Origin: a virus
Lineage: Duplodnaviria > Caudoviricetes
IMG/VR virus record: IMGVR_UViG_2684623229_000001
Coordinates: 1-64,000 of that record
Length of the DNA: 64,000 bases
Reading direction: 5' to 3' (one strand)
Position 1 is the first letter of the stretch. Every line of letters begins with the position of its first letter. Shown in pieces: positions 37,719-47,940 of the stretch. A program made the position numbers and the translations under genes. The notes under the pieces are model-generated. The model did not search any database and was not told the origin of the DNA. It saw only the letters and a list, made by a program, of their open reading frames with translations.

Positions 37719-38380
37719 CTCCTTAAATATTTTTTAATAATTATGATTTTTTACATAGACAATTATACATTTCTTATTCTTCTAAGTAAAGTTTCACCAT
37801 GAATAGCATAAAATGTAACAATATTAGATATATTTATTTAAATTTCGAACTATTAATTAATTTTTCAATCATATTTTTATACAATTTTATATAAAATTTC
37901 GTATCTTTTGATAAGCAAAAAAAGTTTTTCTAATAAAAAATTATAATTGTAAGGATTATTTAAGGTTGTTGTTATTTAAAATTAAGGTTGTTTTCAAAAC
38001 AAGATAATAGAAAGGAGATTTCATGAAAAAATTTATTTTCTATCTATATGTAATATATTTTTTATGTAATTTTTTTGTTTTTAGTTAAATTATAAATGCT
38101 GTTATTTAAATTTTATTGTAAACTTTTAAGTTATATTAACAAATAAACTAAATTTTATATATTTAAAATTTAATATGTATCTAAACTTTAATTTCTTATT
38201 TTGTAATTTAAATCATATAATATTTTTATCCATAAAAAATACTTCCTCTATAGGAACAGTTTATTATTCTAACTGTCTACTATAAAGGAAGTATATCAAT
38301 AATACTCTTATCTAGTTATTCTTAAACATATTAATTTTAAAATTTTTATGAATGTTTAAACAAAACTTTTTACAAACTCA

Positions 38381-38403
38381 ATCCCCATGCATTGCATGGG
38401 ATT
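38381..38403 (-). terminator. Terminator-like hairpin after the SH3 gene
   Basis: CCCATGCA-T-TGCATGGG. Confidence 0.55.
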
Positions 38404-38410
38404 TTATCTG

Positions 38411-38752
38411 TTAATAGTTAAAGCTAACATACTGTTTAGCCACGTAACCTTCTAGTGAGCCATATCTTACGTACAACCATTCTTGACCATCAGCGTATGC
38501 TGCTTCATTATTATACTCTACTAAAGTACCTTTATATAATAAAGTTAAAATTGTACCATTTGAACCTGGCTTAGATCTTAATCTTACACCATCACCAGTA
38601 ATCATAACATATCCTGTTGATCTTGCAGCTCTTGTTAAGATTTGTTTTTTCTCAACAGTAGGAGCTTTTGATTTTTCAGCAGCAAATGCTGGAGCAGTTG
38701 AACCAACCATTGTTGCTGCAACTAACATAGTTGCTATTAATGCTTTTTTCAT
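38411..38752 (-). CDS. Secreted SH3b-domain protein
   Basis: Signal peptide ending AFA; VRLRSKPG...ILTLLYKG...W.YV.YG...GYVAKQYV. Confidence 0.85.
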   Translation of the reverse strand: MKKALIATMLVAATMVGSTAPAFAAEKSKAPTVEKKQILTRAARSTGYVMITGDGVRLRSKPGSNGTILTLLYKGTLVEYNNEAAYADGQEWLYVRYGSLEGYVAKQYVSFNY

Positions 38753-39191
38753 TTTGTTTTACCCCCATATTCTATAAAATGATTTGATAATAAAATATAT
38801 TGTGTAATTTTTTGTTCTTATGGAAATATAATACACTATTTACAATAATTTAGCAATTACTTGTCGCGATTTAAATTTATAATTTTAAATTTAGAATTAC
38901 TTCATTTTTAAAGCTGGGTATCGTATTTTTACTTTTAAACCTAGGCTTATGAAAGAAAGTGAACGTAGTTTATTATACATATAGAAGCTTTTTCGATAGA
39001 ATTTATTTGTAATGATATTTTATTTGGAGTGCAGAAGGTATAATAAGTTTTTAGAGGTAGAAACTAAAATAGTATGAAAAACCAACATTTTTTATATAAT
39101 ATATTTTTATGGATTAAATTTTTTATACCTTGGTTATAATAAAAATGACTAAAACATAGCACCAATCTATATATAAAAAATCCATACAAAT

Positions 39192-39297
39192 AAAAGAACC
39201 CTAACAAAAGGGTTCTTTTGTTTAAATAAGGATGTTTGTATTTAAACTATTAGGAAGCATTGTATTTAATATTCTATAAATGTTAAAAAATTCCTTT
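39192..39297 (-). ncRNA. Putative sigmaH-driven small RNA, copy 2 (divergent)
   Basis: Same promoter and terminator; stem GUUUAAAUA/UAUUUAAAC with CAAACAUCCU loop. Confidence 0.45.
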
Positions 39298-39348
39298 GAA
39301 TAATAAAAAAATAATCTTTTTTCTTTTATTTAGTAATCGTTATTAAAA

Positions 39349-39579
39349 TCAATTATTATATGGTATGGTATAACCACAATTGCGACACGCCATATACACT
39401 AGTTTGCCATGGAAATCATGAAATGGCTTAAAATCATGACCTAAATAATCGCAACATTTATGATTTTCTCCTCGCCCAACCGTAGCACCACATCTTGGGC
39501 AACTTTCTGCTGCATAAGCACTAGATACATTTACCCCAAGTATCAATGCTGTTAAAAGACCAATTACAATTTTTTTCAT
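39349..39579 (-). CDS. Small secreted Cys/His-rich protein
   Basis: Signal peptide ending AYA; CPRC...HKCC...GH...CRNC; sigmaH-like promoter near 39648-39673. Confidence 0.75.
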   Translation of the reverse strand: MKKIVIGLLTALILGVNVSSAYAAESCPRCGATVGRGENHKCCDYLGHDFKPFHDFHGKLVYMACRNCGYTIPYNN

Positions 39580-39776
39580 TTAGTCATCCCCCTTTATATT
39601 ATTTTATCTGTTAAATCATTTTAACTTAACAGATTCTTATTATATAATTTCTACATTTATATAGTTTTTCCTTTATAATTTTTACCAAAAATTCAGACAT
39701 TTTACATTGTTTTTCAATAAAATAATACAAAAGTGGTACTATCAAAACACAACACCAATATATAAAATTCCATACA

Positions 39777-39881
39777 AAAAGAACCCTATTTATTGGGGTT
39801 CTTTTCTTTAAGCAAGGAGGTTGCCTAAATTATTGGTAAGCCGTTATATCTAATATTCTACAAATGTTAAAAAATTCCTTT
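39777..39881 (-). ncRNA. Putative sigmaH-driven small RNA, copy 3
   Basis: Nearly identical to copy 1; terminator hairpin is the exact reverse complement of that in copy 1. Confidence 0.5.
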
Positions 39882-40482
39882 AAACAATAAAAAAAAGGTA
39901 CTCCCATTATAGAAGTACCTTTAAAAACTCCATTAAATAGAGTTCTTTTTATTTAATAGCTTGTCTTTTTATTAAGTAAAAAATAAATTTAATAATAAAA
40001 GGTATAGTTTTTATATTATAAGTACATACTTTAAATAAACAATTTTTATGTAAAGGAGGTATTTATAATATAATGTACCTTTTAGTATTAATTATTATCG
40101 TAGCAATAATTTTTAAAAAATAATACTATTCTTTTGATATATTATTGCAGTGTATTGTTCTTTTTTATTTCAGCAAATATTTATAATCCTTTTAAAATTA
40201 TTTCACATCAAATTTTATATCTTTATCAAATTATTTTATATTGATATAATAACCACTTTGAAGTGGTTATATACATAATTGCTTTATAAATTTTATCAAA
40301 TTGTTTTACATTGTATTTATATTTTAGCCTTATTACATTATTTTATTCAAGTTTTTTATTAAATTATTTTATATTGTATTTAAAAATAATTTGTGCAAAG
40401 TGACTATATTCTCTATATTAAATATTATAATCTTTATAGGGTTCAATTTATTAAAAATAATTACCTCCATATACATTTAATA

Positions 40483-41085
40483 TTATTTCAATATATAGAT
40501 TCCATTTGAAAAACAATTTAATTTTATATTTTTAAAACCTTTTTCTAAAATCTCCTCTTTGACAGAATAAGCTTTATCGGTATTTTTAGTTAAAATTATT
40601 AAATTCTTCTTATTTGTATTAACAATAAAAATATTATATCCAAAACATATATTCAAAACAGGATTTATATACAACATATTACTTTTACAATATAAGTAAC
40701 ACAGTAATATCTGTATTAATATCCCCGTAACTAAAATGTTTATATCATAATCTTTTAGGTTAACAAAATCTGTGGTTATAAACGATACTATATAAGCTAA
40801 GACATAGTCAACAACTTTATCATTTCCATCAGAAACACCTATTATTCTTATTGTTTCTGTATAATCGTTAGATACCTTTAACGCAAATATTAATATAATA
40901 GTAGGAACTATTATTAAAATTACTAAAACATATAAGATCATATCATTAATATTTATATTTGCTAATTTTCTTAATTTTATTATAGAATCCATTATATCCG
41001 TAATACCATAATTTAAAGTTATTATTAAAATATACAATGGTGAGTATGACGATAAAAACATTATTACTTTACCTATTTTGTTCAC
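40483..41085 (-). CDS. kwaA: Kiwa anti-phage system membrane component KwaA-like
   Basis: Four TM segments; FLSSYSPLY N-terminal motif, Y.LAYIV.F, LYINPVL...GY; adjacent to a DUF4868-like gene. Confidence 0.7.
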   Translation of the reverse strand: MNKIGKVIMFLSSYSPLYILIITLNYGITDIMDSIIKLRKLANININDMILYVLVILIIVPTIILIFALKVSNDYTETIRIIGVSDGNDKVVDYVLAYIVSFITTDFVNLKDYDINILVTGILIQILLCYLYCKSNMLYINPVLNICFGYNIFIVNTNKKNLIILTKNTDKAYSVKEEILEKGFKNIKLNCFSNGIYILK

Positions 41086-41110
41086 ATACTCACCTCCTAA
41101 TTCTTAAATA

Positions 41111-42010
41111 CTATATTTTAGTTTTTTTATCTGCTACAAAATTTTCCTCTGATATTTTTGAAGTTAAATAATCATTTTGTATCAAATGAATTAATTCCGA
41201 AGTATCATTAGCTACAATCTTATCATTCTCTATAATCATATCTAATTTTGCTTCACTTATGACTAATTTTATTCTTTCCATATCATTTTTCATTTTATCA
41301 TTAAACCATATAATGTTTTTAGCAGTTATTTTTGAAATTTTCTTTTTGATAGTAACTTTTTCACAATCCTTCTCCATTAAATCTATATTCTTAATTAAAT
41401 CCAAGCTTCTAATCTTATCTATATTCTCATTAGCTTTTTTAGTGTATTCATCTTTATAGTCAAAAATCTGCTCAAAATAGTGCTGGGTAAATATGGCTAC
41501 ATAATCTTCATAAACAACACAGTCAAATTTATCGTCAATAGATAATATGTCCTTATCTAATTTTTTAAGTCTTCCATCATTAAAAAATATTTTTAATTTT
41601 CGTTTTAAATAATTACTTGATGAAAATCGTTTAAAAAATATAACTTTATGTTGCTCTTTTTTTAAAACAAGCACATATGCTTTACTGTCTTTTGTTTCTT
41701 TAATAGAGTTAATTTTATTTATCACTTCTATATTATTAAATTCATCTATTATTTTATGCAAATTTCCTACATCTGAAACACCAATACTAGGAACTTTATC
41801 ATCCAATTTAACTATTGGATCATACTCTTCTACAGTTTTTTCAGCAGTAATATAAATAAATCTTTCAATTAAACTACTAATTAAATCTTTTTTTAATTCA
41901 TCAGTTAAAAGTACTTTTTTAAGTTTATATTCTTTTGACATAAACAAGCAATCTAAATCAAAGTTGTCTCTCTCTCCTAATAATGTTCTTATCTTTATTA
42001 AATTAAACAT
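41111..42010 (-). CDS. kwaB: Kiwa anti-phage protein KwaB-like (DUF4868)
   Basis: ILSIDDKFDCVV...IF...FEQIFDY...Y motif typical of DUF4868; paired with a KwaA-like gene. Confidence 0.75.
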   Translation of the reverse strand: MFNLIKIRTLLGERDNFDLDCLFMSKEYKLKKVLLTDELKKDLISSLIERFIYITAEKTVEEYDPIVKLDDKVPSIGVSDVGNLHKIIDEFNNIEVINKINSIKETKDSKAYVLVLKKEQHKVIFFKRFSSSNYLKRKLKIFFNDGRLKKLDKDILSIDDKFDCVVYEDYVAIFTQHYFEQIFDYKDEYTKKANENIDKIRSLDLIKNIDLMEKDCEKVTIKKKISKITAKNIIWFNDKMKNDMERIKLVISEAKLDMIIENDKIVANDTSELIHLIQNDYLTSKISEENFVADKKTKI

Positions 42011-42218
42011 ATTTCCTCCTTATACTGATTATTGTATTGTACTTCATTACTTATACCAGTATAATAGAGGTATAAGTAATGAAATATGGTTGATTTTTAG
42101 AAACCACTTTGACGCCAATCAGCAGTGGTTTCTTTTTTTATATATTAAATGTTAATATTTTCATCTTTTGTATGTTATTCTACAAATTATTATAAATTCC
42201 TTCAAAAAATAAAAAAAT

Positions 42219-42250
42219 AGGTAACTATAGTATAAAACTATAGTTACCTT
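42219..42250 (-). terminator. Terminator of the lysis module
   Basis: AGGTAACTATAGT-ATAAA-ACTATAGTTACCT. Confidence 0.75.
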
Positions 42251-42257
42251 TAAAAAT

Positions 42258-43028
42258 TTAATATCTTATATATTTACCATAAACATATCCACCATGTGGA
42301 GGATAATAAATATGTATCCAATCTCCTTCTTTTCTATATAATTGTACCTTTGCACCATTAGATAAAGCACCTAATATTCTACTAGATGTAGACTTACTTT
42401 CTCTTACATTTACACCGCTTGGTGTATTTATTGTACCTGTTTTACCATCTAAATTAATCCAACTATTATTGTTGTTATCTGTTGGTTTGCTTGGTGTTAC
42501 ATTTGAAGATGTACCTAAAACACCATTTACTATTGCTTTAGCAATTCCATTCATTCCATATTTATTAAGTATAGCTACATCTCCAGAACTATCTATAAAA
42601 CATAGTTCTATATAAATTGTTTTGGCTTTAGTTCTTTTAGTTAGTGCTAAAGGCTGGTCTTTAATTCCTCTATTTCTAAATCCTAAATTATTTAATTGCT
42701 TTAATACTCTATCCGCTTCTACTAAATATTTGCCACTATAAGTATATACTTCTGATCCATAACCACCTACTGTAGTATTAAAATGTATGCAAATATTTAA
42801 ATCTGCATTTACTGAATTACATAAGGCTACTTGTTTATTTAAACTTTCTTGTAATGTTGATGCATAATCTACTCTACATATATTGGTTTTATGCCCTCTA
42901 CCTCTTAATTCTTTATCTATTTCACTTACCACTTGTCTTGTTAATACTTCTTCTTTTAATCCATTAATTCCTCTAGTTCCTATGTCTCCACCACTTAATG
43001 TATGTCCTGGATTTAAATTAAATAACAT
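42258..43028 (-). CDS. Endolysin: N-acetylmuramoyl-L-alanine amidase (Amidase_3) + SH3b
   Basis: PGH...E, IHFN, G.EVY, IELCFID Zn-amidase motifs; VNVRE...W..I...GGYVYGKYI SH3; ATG at 43028 after GAGGAGG. Confidence 0.92.
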   Translation of the reverse strand: MLFNLNPGHTLSGGDIGTRGINGLKEEVLTRQVVSEIDKELRGRGHKTNICRVDYASTLQESLNKQVALCNSVNADLNICIHFNTTVGGYGSEVYTYSGKYLVEADRVLKQLNNLGFRNRGIKDQPLALTKRTKAKTIYIELCFIDSSGDVAILNKYGMNGIAKAIVNGVLGTSSNVTPSKPTDNNNNSWINLDGKTGTINTPSGVNVRESKSTSSRILGALSNGAKVQLYRKEGDWIHIYYPPHGGYVYGKYIRY

Positions 43029-43072
43029 AATTAAAATTACCTCCTCTAAATTTAATAAAAAAAGAACAGGCA

Positions 43073-43267
43073 TTAATCCTGCTCTTTACTTTCCTTAACT
43101 GCCTGTCTAGCACTAGACTGACCAAAATAAAATCCTATTATTAATGTAAATACAGAAAGAAATTCTGTACTTGATATATTAGTTTTTAATGCTAAAATAT
43201 AAAATACTATAGTAGTCAATAATGCTATTATCTTTTTTATCTGTAAGAATTGTTTTAGAAACTCCAT
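43073..43267 (-). CDS. Holin
   Basis: 64 aa, two TM helices, IIGFYFGQS; upstream of the endolysin. Confidence 0.75.
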   Translation of the reverse strand: MEFLKQFLQIKKIIALLTTIVFYILALKTNISSTEFLSVFTLIIGFYFGQSSARQAVKESKEQD

Positions 43268-43270
43268 AGT

Positions 43271-43549
43271 TTAGTCCTCCTTTTCTAATCCATCAATTCT
43301 ATGATGAGCACTCTTAGTACTTTCTTCTACTTTAATTAATCTAGTATTTACATCTTCTATTTTTCTATCTGCTGCCTTTAAATCTAATCTTATATCATCT
43401 ACACCTTTTGAAATATAATCTAATTTTAAAGCAGTTATCCCTTCATTTTTTCCTTCTTCTTTATTATCCTTTTCTTTAAGTCTTTTATATCCTAAATAGC
43501 TTAATGTAGCACCTAAAATAGTGTACAGTATTGATATTTCAATATTCAT
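43271..43549 (-). CDS. XhlA-like/holin-associated membrane protein
   Basis: N-terminal TM, KLDYI..GVDDI, VEESTKSAHHRID. Confidence 0.7.
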   Translation of the reverse strand: MNIEISILYTILGATLSYLGYKRLKEKDNKEEGKNEGITALKLDYISKGVDDIRLDLKAADRKIEDVNTRLIKVEESTKSAHHRIDGLEKED

Positions 43550-43718
43550 ACGTCACCTCTCTTAATAAAAATAGGCAAAATAAAAAGACCTGATATGGTC
43601 CCTACTTTGCCTTTATAAACTATTTAATTATGTGTCGCTTTATGTATCAAAAGCGACGTAAAATTAAATTTGCGTCGCTTTATTAAGAATACTGTGATAC
43701 AACTATTTTTTTAAAAAC

Positions 43719-43913
43719 TTAGATATAAAGCTCCTTATTTTTTTTACGTATCCATTCTTTACAATTGTCTAAAAACTCAAATCGGTCATATCTATAGCTT
43801 ACATGAATCAAGTCTACATACTCCATAGTACCAACTTTATAAACGTTTATATTTCCTAATCCATCAGCTTCAAAAAAGTAATTATCTAAATTTACGCTAT
43901 CTTCATAAAACAT
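43719..43913 (-). CDS. Hypothetical protein
   Basis: 64 aa with GAAGGTG RBS. Confidence 0.5.
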   Translation of the reverse strand: MFYEDSVNLDNYFFEADGLGNINVYKVGTMEYVDLIHVSYRYDRFEFLDNCKEWIRKKNKELYI

Positions 43914-43994
43914 TATTCTTCACCTTCCTTGTTTTTAATATTGATTTGCTTTACTTTTCTGTTTGGTGAACTCCTAAAAATATTTAATTTTTCA

Positions 43995-44210
43995 CTATTG
44001 CGTAACAGCTTTTTCTATAGTATCTTCTACGTTTAATTCTTGATTTCCTGCATCTTCTTTTTCAGCTGGGTTAACTCTAGCCATTAACTCGCTATACTGT
44101 TCCATATCAATCTGGTTAAAAGTATAGAATACATTTAGTTTATTATTCATATCTTCCTTTTCGTAGTAATTATTATCAATTAAATTTTTTAATAAATCAT
44201 ACAATATCAT
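43995..44210 (-). CDS. Small phage protein (XkdX-like position)
   Basis: Likely ATG at 44210; KLNVFY.FNQI..EQYSEL. Confidence 0.55.
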   Translation of the reverse strand: MILYDLLKNLIDNNYYEKEDMNNKLNVFYTFNQIDMEQYSELMARVNPAEKEDAGNQELNVEDTIEKAVTQ

Positions 44211-44211
44211 A

Positions 44212-44562
44212 TTATTTACCTTCCTTTTCATTTAAATTTTTATTATTTAATACTTCTTTATATTTTAAATCAACCACTTCAGCTTGTGTTTTTAGCAGTT
44301 CACTTTTCAATTTCTCTTCTTCTGTTTCTATATGTTCTTTATATTTGTCTATAACTATTTTTTTAGTTTCCACATCAACATGATAAATATCTGCATTATC
44401 TAACACTGTACTTCCATATTCCAAATCTATATAATCTATTTCTTTAGGTCGTAAATCATTAACTTCTTCTTGTGTTAACCCAGAATCGTAACGCTCTTCT
44501 AAACAATCATTTAAGACTATACCAGTAGCTTTATTAAAAATAATTCTTTCTCCTATTTGCAT
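44212..44562 (-). CDS. Tail fibre-associated small protein
   Basis: 116 aa directly after the fibre gene. Confidence 0.55.
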   Translation of the reverse strand: MQIGERIIFNKATGIVLNDCLEERYDSGLTQEEVNDLRPKEIDYIDLEYGSTVLDNADIYHVDVETKKIVIDKYKEHIETEEEKLKSELLKTQAEVVDLKYKEVLNNKNLNEKEGK

Positions 44563-44574
44563 TAATACACCTCC

Positions 44575-45960
44575 CTATTCGAAAGCCCAATATTTCAACG
44601 TTATATCTGTATTTCTATCACTTATTACAATGTTAAACCCATTACTTACAATTTTAGTTTCAGAATAATCAAAACCACAAGAATCATGACTAAATACTTC
44701 TGCATGAGCACCATATACAGCTCTACCATAGCGTTCATATATATCTTTTGTGCTAGATTTTATACTGTAGAATGCCGTGTCATCTCCTCTAACATCTAAA
44801 TAGTGACCTGTTACTATTACTTTTGATGGTGTAAAAGATAGCCCCCTTATCTGTACCACTAGCTGTGTTGTTCCTGTTTCTGCAATCGTACGTGTACCAG
44901 TAGCAAATCTTTTACCAGTATTAATATTAGCAACTTTATTTATTAAATTATTTAAAGATTCATTACCATTTGATGGTTGTTGTTTTGAAGTTAAATTACT
45001 TGCAAAAGTATTTTTTAAATTTTGTATTTTATTACTTTGTTGTTGAAAAGTATCACTAGCCAATAATGGATTTCCAACAACGCTAGATATTAGATTTTTA
45101 CCATTATTGGCATTTTGAAAAAGCTCATTTACAGCACTTACTAAATTAGTTTTATTTGAAGTTTTTAAATTTATTAAATCACCTTGTTTTGTCGTAATAT
45201 CAACCAATCGCGAAGTTGTAGATTGCTCTAACTTATCTATATTATCCTGTACTGTATCTATAGAATCTTTATTTTTATTAATTAAATTTAATAGATTACC
45301 TGCTACATCTCCGCTTAGTATTCCTTTAATTCCATCAAACCATATCTTAAAATCTGTTTCTAACTTTTTTCTTATGTTTTGTAATTCTTCTTCTGTTTTC
45401 CCTGTTATATTTTTATACCATTCTAAATACTGATTAAATATTGTTGTTGTATCAACCTGATCTACTATACCATGTACTATTCCACACACTTCTTTATTAA
45501 GTCTTAAGTCTGTTATATCAACTTGCGTTACACTTATAGATCCAGCATTAACTTTTATATCTGCTAATCCTAATTCATACATATCAGCATCTCTGGTCAA
45601 TTGTGGTGCTTTAGGTTCACTAGCAAACTCACCTTTTTTTATCTTTGCTCTTATTTCTCTTTCAACAACATCATATCGCAATACTATCTTATCTATTCTA
45701 TGCAATACCCCATCTGCAACATCTATAGGTAAAATTAAATCATCTGTGTTTTCATACTTATAGCCATTAATCCAACCCTTACCTGGCTTAACTATTACCT
45801 GCATTCTATCCGTTCCTATTACCTGTAAATTTGTAGATGGGTTAGGAAACACACCATTTCCAATAAAACTAGCAAAATACTCTGCATAATTTTCTGCCTT
45901 ATATATCCTATCCCATGTATCACCCACTTTCATAGCATTAAAAAACCCTGACTTTTCCAT
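44575..45960 (-). CDS. Upper baseplate / tail fibre protein
   Basis: SGFFNA...DRIY.AE..A.YF..FIGNGVF, RIDKIVLR, ITDLR...CG.V, LKT.NK.NLV.AVNELFQ.A.NGK. Confidence 0.8.
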   Translation of the reverse strand: MEKSGFFNAMKVGDTWDRIYKAENYAEYFASFIGNGVFPNPSTNLQVIGTDRMQVIVKPGKGWINGYKYENTDDLILPIDVADGVLHRIDKIVLRYDVVEREIRAKIKKGEFASEPKAPQLTRDADMYELGLADIKVNAGSISVTQVDITDLRLNKEVCGIVHGIVDQVDTTTIFNQYLEWYKNITGKTEEELQNIRKKLETDFKIWFDGIKGILSGDVAGNLLNLINKNKDSIDTVQDNIDKLEQSTTSRLVDITTKQGDLINLKTSNKTNLVSAVNELFQNANNGKNLISSVVGNPLLASDTFQQQSNKIQNLKNTFASNLTSKQQPSNGNESLNNLINKVANINTGKRFATGTRTIAETGTTQLVVQIRGLSFTPSKVIVTGHYLDVRGDDTAFYSIKSSTKDIYERYGRAVYGAHAEVFSHDSCGFDYSETKIVSNGFNIVISDRNTDITLKYWAFE

Positions 45961-47054
45961 TATCTCACTTCCTTTTTAGATACTTTCTTTATTCTATCTA
46001 TAATAGTAGGAATGCTATCTCCAAATATACATTCTAAATTGAAACCATTCATTTCATATATCTCTTTAATCTCTGCAACCTTGCTATTAAGTATTATACC
46101 CCATTTTTTATCTTGTACAGTAACAATATCTCCCAAATCCCAATCTTCTCCATAAATAAAAGCTCCATAAGGGATTACTTGTGCTTCAAATGTTTCCACT
46201 ATCTTATATTCTTGTAATCTTTGTTTACCCATAGTTGTAAGTTCTGTAATATTATCCGCCTGGCTACAATCTATAAAAGTTTCTTTCCTGTACCAACCTT
46301 TAATATTTCCCACTTGTTGTATTAATCTTTTTTCATCTTCGCCTTTTCCTCCAACATAAACCACATTTTTATAACTTAACAAACTTTTTAGGAAATGCTT
46401 ATTTCTAATATTTTCAAAATCCATACTGAAAATCACTGGAGGATTTTCTTCCTGGTCTGCAGTAAGATCCCTTCCTTCTATAACATCAAATATAAAATTA
46501 TTATTAGATGTGTCTAATGTTATGTCCCAACCTAAATTACTATATTCAGTTATCTCCTGTATCTTATCTGCTAAGTTTTCATAACGAGTACGCCAAGCAT
46601 CTTGTTTTCCTCTTTGTTTATCTTTAGCAATAACTAAATTAGGAATAATTCTATCTTTATCTACTGGATTGACAGCGTTATTATCTACAAATCTTTTTAT
46701 TATAGTCTCTTGTGCGCCTGTTGCATTGTCGTATCCTTGTCCTATAGGTGGTACTGTTGTTCTGTCTTTAATTTTCCCCTTTAAAGTAGCTCCTTTAATA
46801 ACTAACTGTTCTTTACCATCTTCACTCGTAGATTTATCCATAAACTCTATAATTCCTACTTTATTAAAATAAGCTCCTAAAAGGATTAGGTTATCCTCCT
46901 GGAGCTTATCTACATTATTTTTTTCTAAATTTATGTGAAGCTCAAATTCTCCTACTCGGCTAAATCTTCTTATAAATATAAGAGATTCATAGTCATCTAT
47001 TTCACCTAGTAAGTTAAAATCTTTATCTATAATTCTAATTGGTACCTTATTCAT
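45960..47054 (-). CDS. Siphovirus Gp37-like (ReqiPepy6-type) minor tail protein
   Basis: LLGEIDDYESL...G.FELH, NVVYVGGKGE...R, YG.DWDLGDIVTV. Confidence 0.85.
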   Translation of the reverse strand: MNKVPIRIIDKDFNLLGEIDDYESLIFIRRFSRVGEFELHINLEKNNVDKLQEDNLILLGAYFNKVGIIEFMDKSTSEDGKEQLVIKGATLKGKIKDRTTVPPIGQGYDNATGAQETIIKRFVDNNAVNPVDKDRIIPNLVIAKDKQRGKQDAWRTRYENLADKIQEITEYSNLGWDITLDTSNNNFIFDVIEGRDLTADQEENPPVIFSMDFENIRNKHFLKSLLSYKNVVYVGGKGEDEKRLIQQVGNIKGWYRKETFIDCSQADNITELTTMGKQRLQEYKIVETFEAQVIPYGAFIYGEDWDLGDIVTVQDKKWGIILNSKVAEIKEIYEMNGFNLECIFGDSIPTIIDRIKKVSKKEVR

Positions 47055-47057
47055 AAA

Positions 47058-47927
47058 CTACACTCCTATATAAAGTGGCTTATAGTATAAAGCCATTTCT
47101 AAGTTATCCAATCCTTTTTCTGCATCATATCTTAATAAATTATCTCCAACTTTTAGCTGTAAAAATTCACTTGCTAAATCTATATAATTAAATACATTTA
47201 TTTTAGTTCCATTGCTTTTTATCATTTCTACTCTTTTATTACCAAAAGATGTATTTATAACTAACTTATCTCCAGCTTGCAATGTCCTTTTAACTTTAAT
47301 ATATTTCCTGGTATATACATCAAATAAAGAAGGATTAACTACAGTGGCTAATGCTCTAAATTCAATCCTCATTCCACATTCTACATCCCCTTTATTCTTA
47401 GCATTGACTATTAAATTACTTATTCTATGTCCCATAATGATTCCTGTTTCTTCTGGGATTATTAAAGGAAAATGAAAATCTCCTACCCAAAGAGCTATTT
47501 CTTCTTTTTCTTCTATTAAATCCATCCATAAAGGATTAGGGCAATAAAATTGTATTAGAAACTCCTGCATATCATCTATTTGTTCTCTAAATGTTGGTGA
47601 ACTATCTACAATACAATTTATAACATGCTCACTAGCATTATTGATATAAGTAAGAGTACCATTTATCTTAGGATTAAATATACTACAAAGCTTTTGCCTC
47701 TTTCTATACATATCTTCTACAGTATCTCCTACTATAGCTCCTTCTATTGGTAAAATTCTCTCATCTAAAAAAGTTCCATGGTGTGTCTTACCATCCTGTC
47801 CAGGAGATTTACTTGTCAATATTGTTGTTTTAGGGCTTCCTAGCTCAATTTTAGTTAAAATAAAAGGAGCAGAGTTACCTAATTCTATACTCTGTCCCCT
47901 TTCATTTTTAAATATAATTTTTTGCAA
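47058..47927 (-). CDS. Distal tail protein (Dit)
   Basis: PGQDG...LDER.L.I.G, F.CPNP.W, N.GDV..G, FLQL.VGDN; follows TMP. Confidence 0.85.
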   Translation of the reverse strand: MQKIIFKNERGQSIELGNSAPFILTKIELGSPKTTILTSKSPGQDGKTHHGTFLDERILPIEGAIVGDTVEDMYRKRQKLCSIFNPKINGTLTYINNASEHVINCIVDSSPTFREQIDDMQEFLIQFYCPNPLWMDLIEEKEEIALWVGDFHFPLIIPEETGIIMGHRISNLIVNAKNKGDVECGMRIEFRALATVVNPSLFDVYTRKYIKVKRTLQAGDKLVINTSFGNKRVEMIKSNGTKINVFNYIDLASEFLQLKVGDNLLRYDAEKGLDNLEMALYYKPLYIGV

Positions 47928-47940
47928 CTTCTACTCCTCC

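Noticed and set aside
39220-39270. CRISPR repeat or mini-array (TGTATTTAAA resembles clostridial repeat ends)
   Set aside because: No regularly spaced repeats with unique spacers; better explained as the stem of the sRNA-like unit
43630-43700. GTCGCTTT inverted/direct repeats near the tail fibre genes as possible inversion sites
   Set aside because: No invertase or alternative fibre cassettes nearby; may simply be a terminator hairpin
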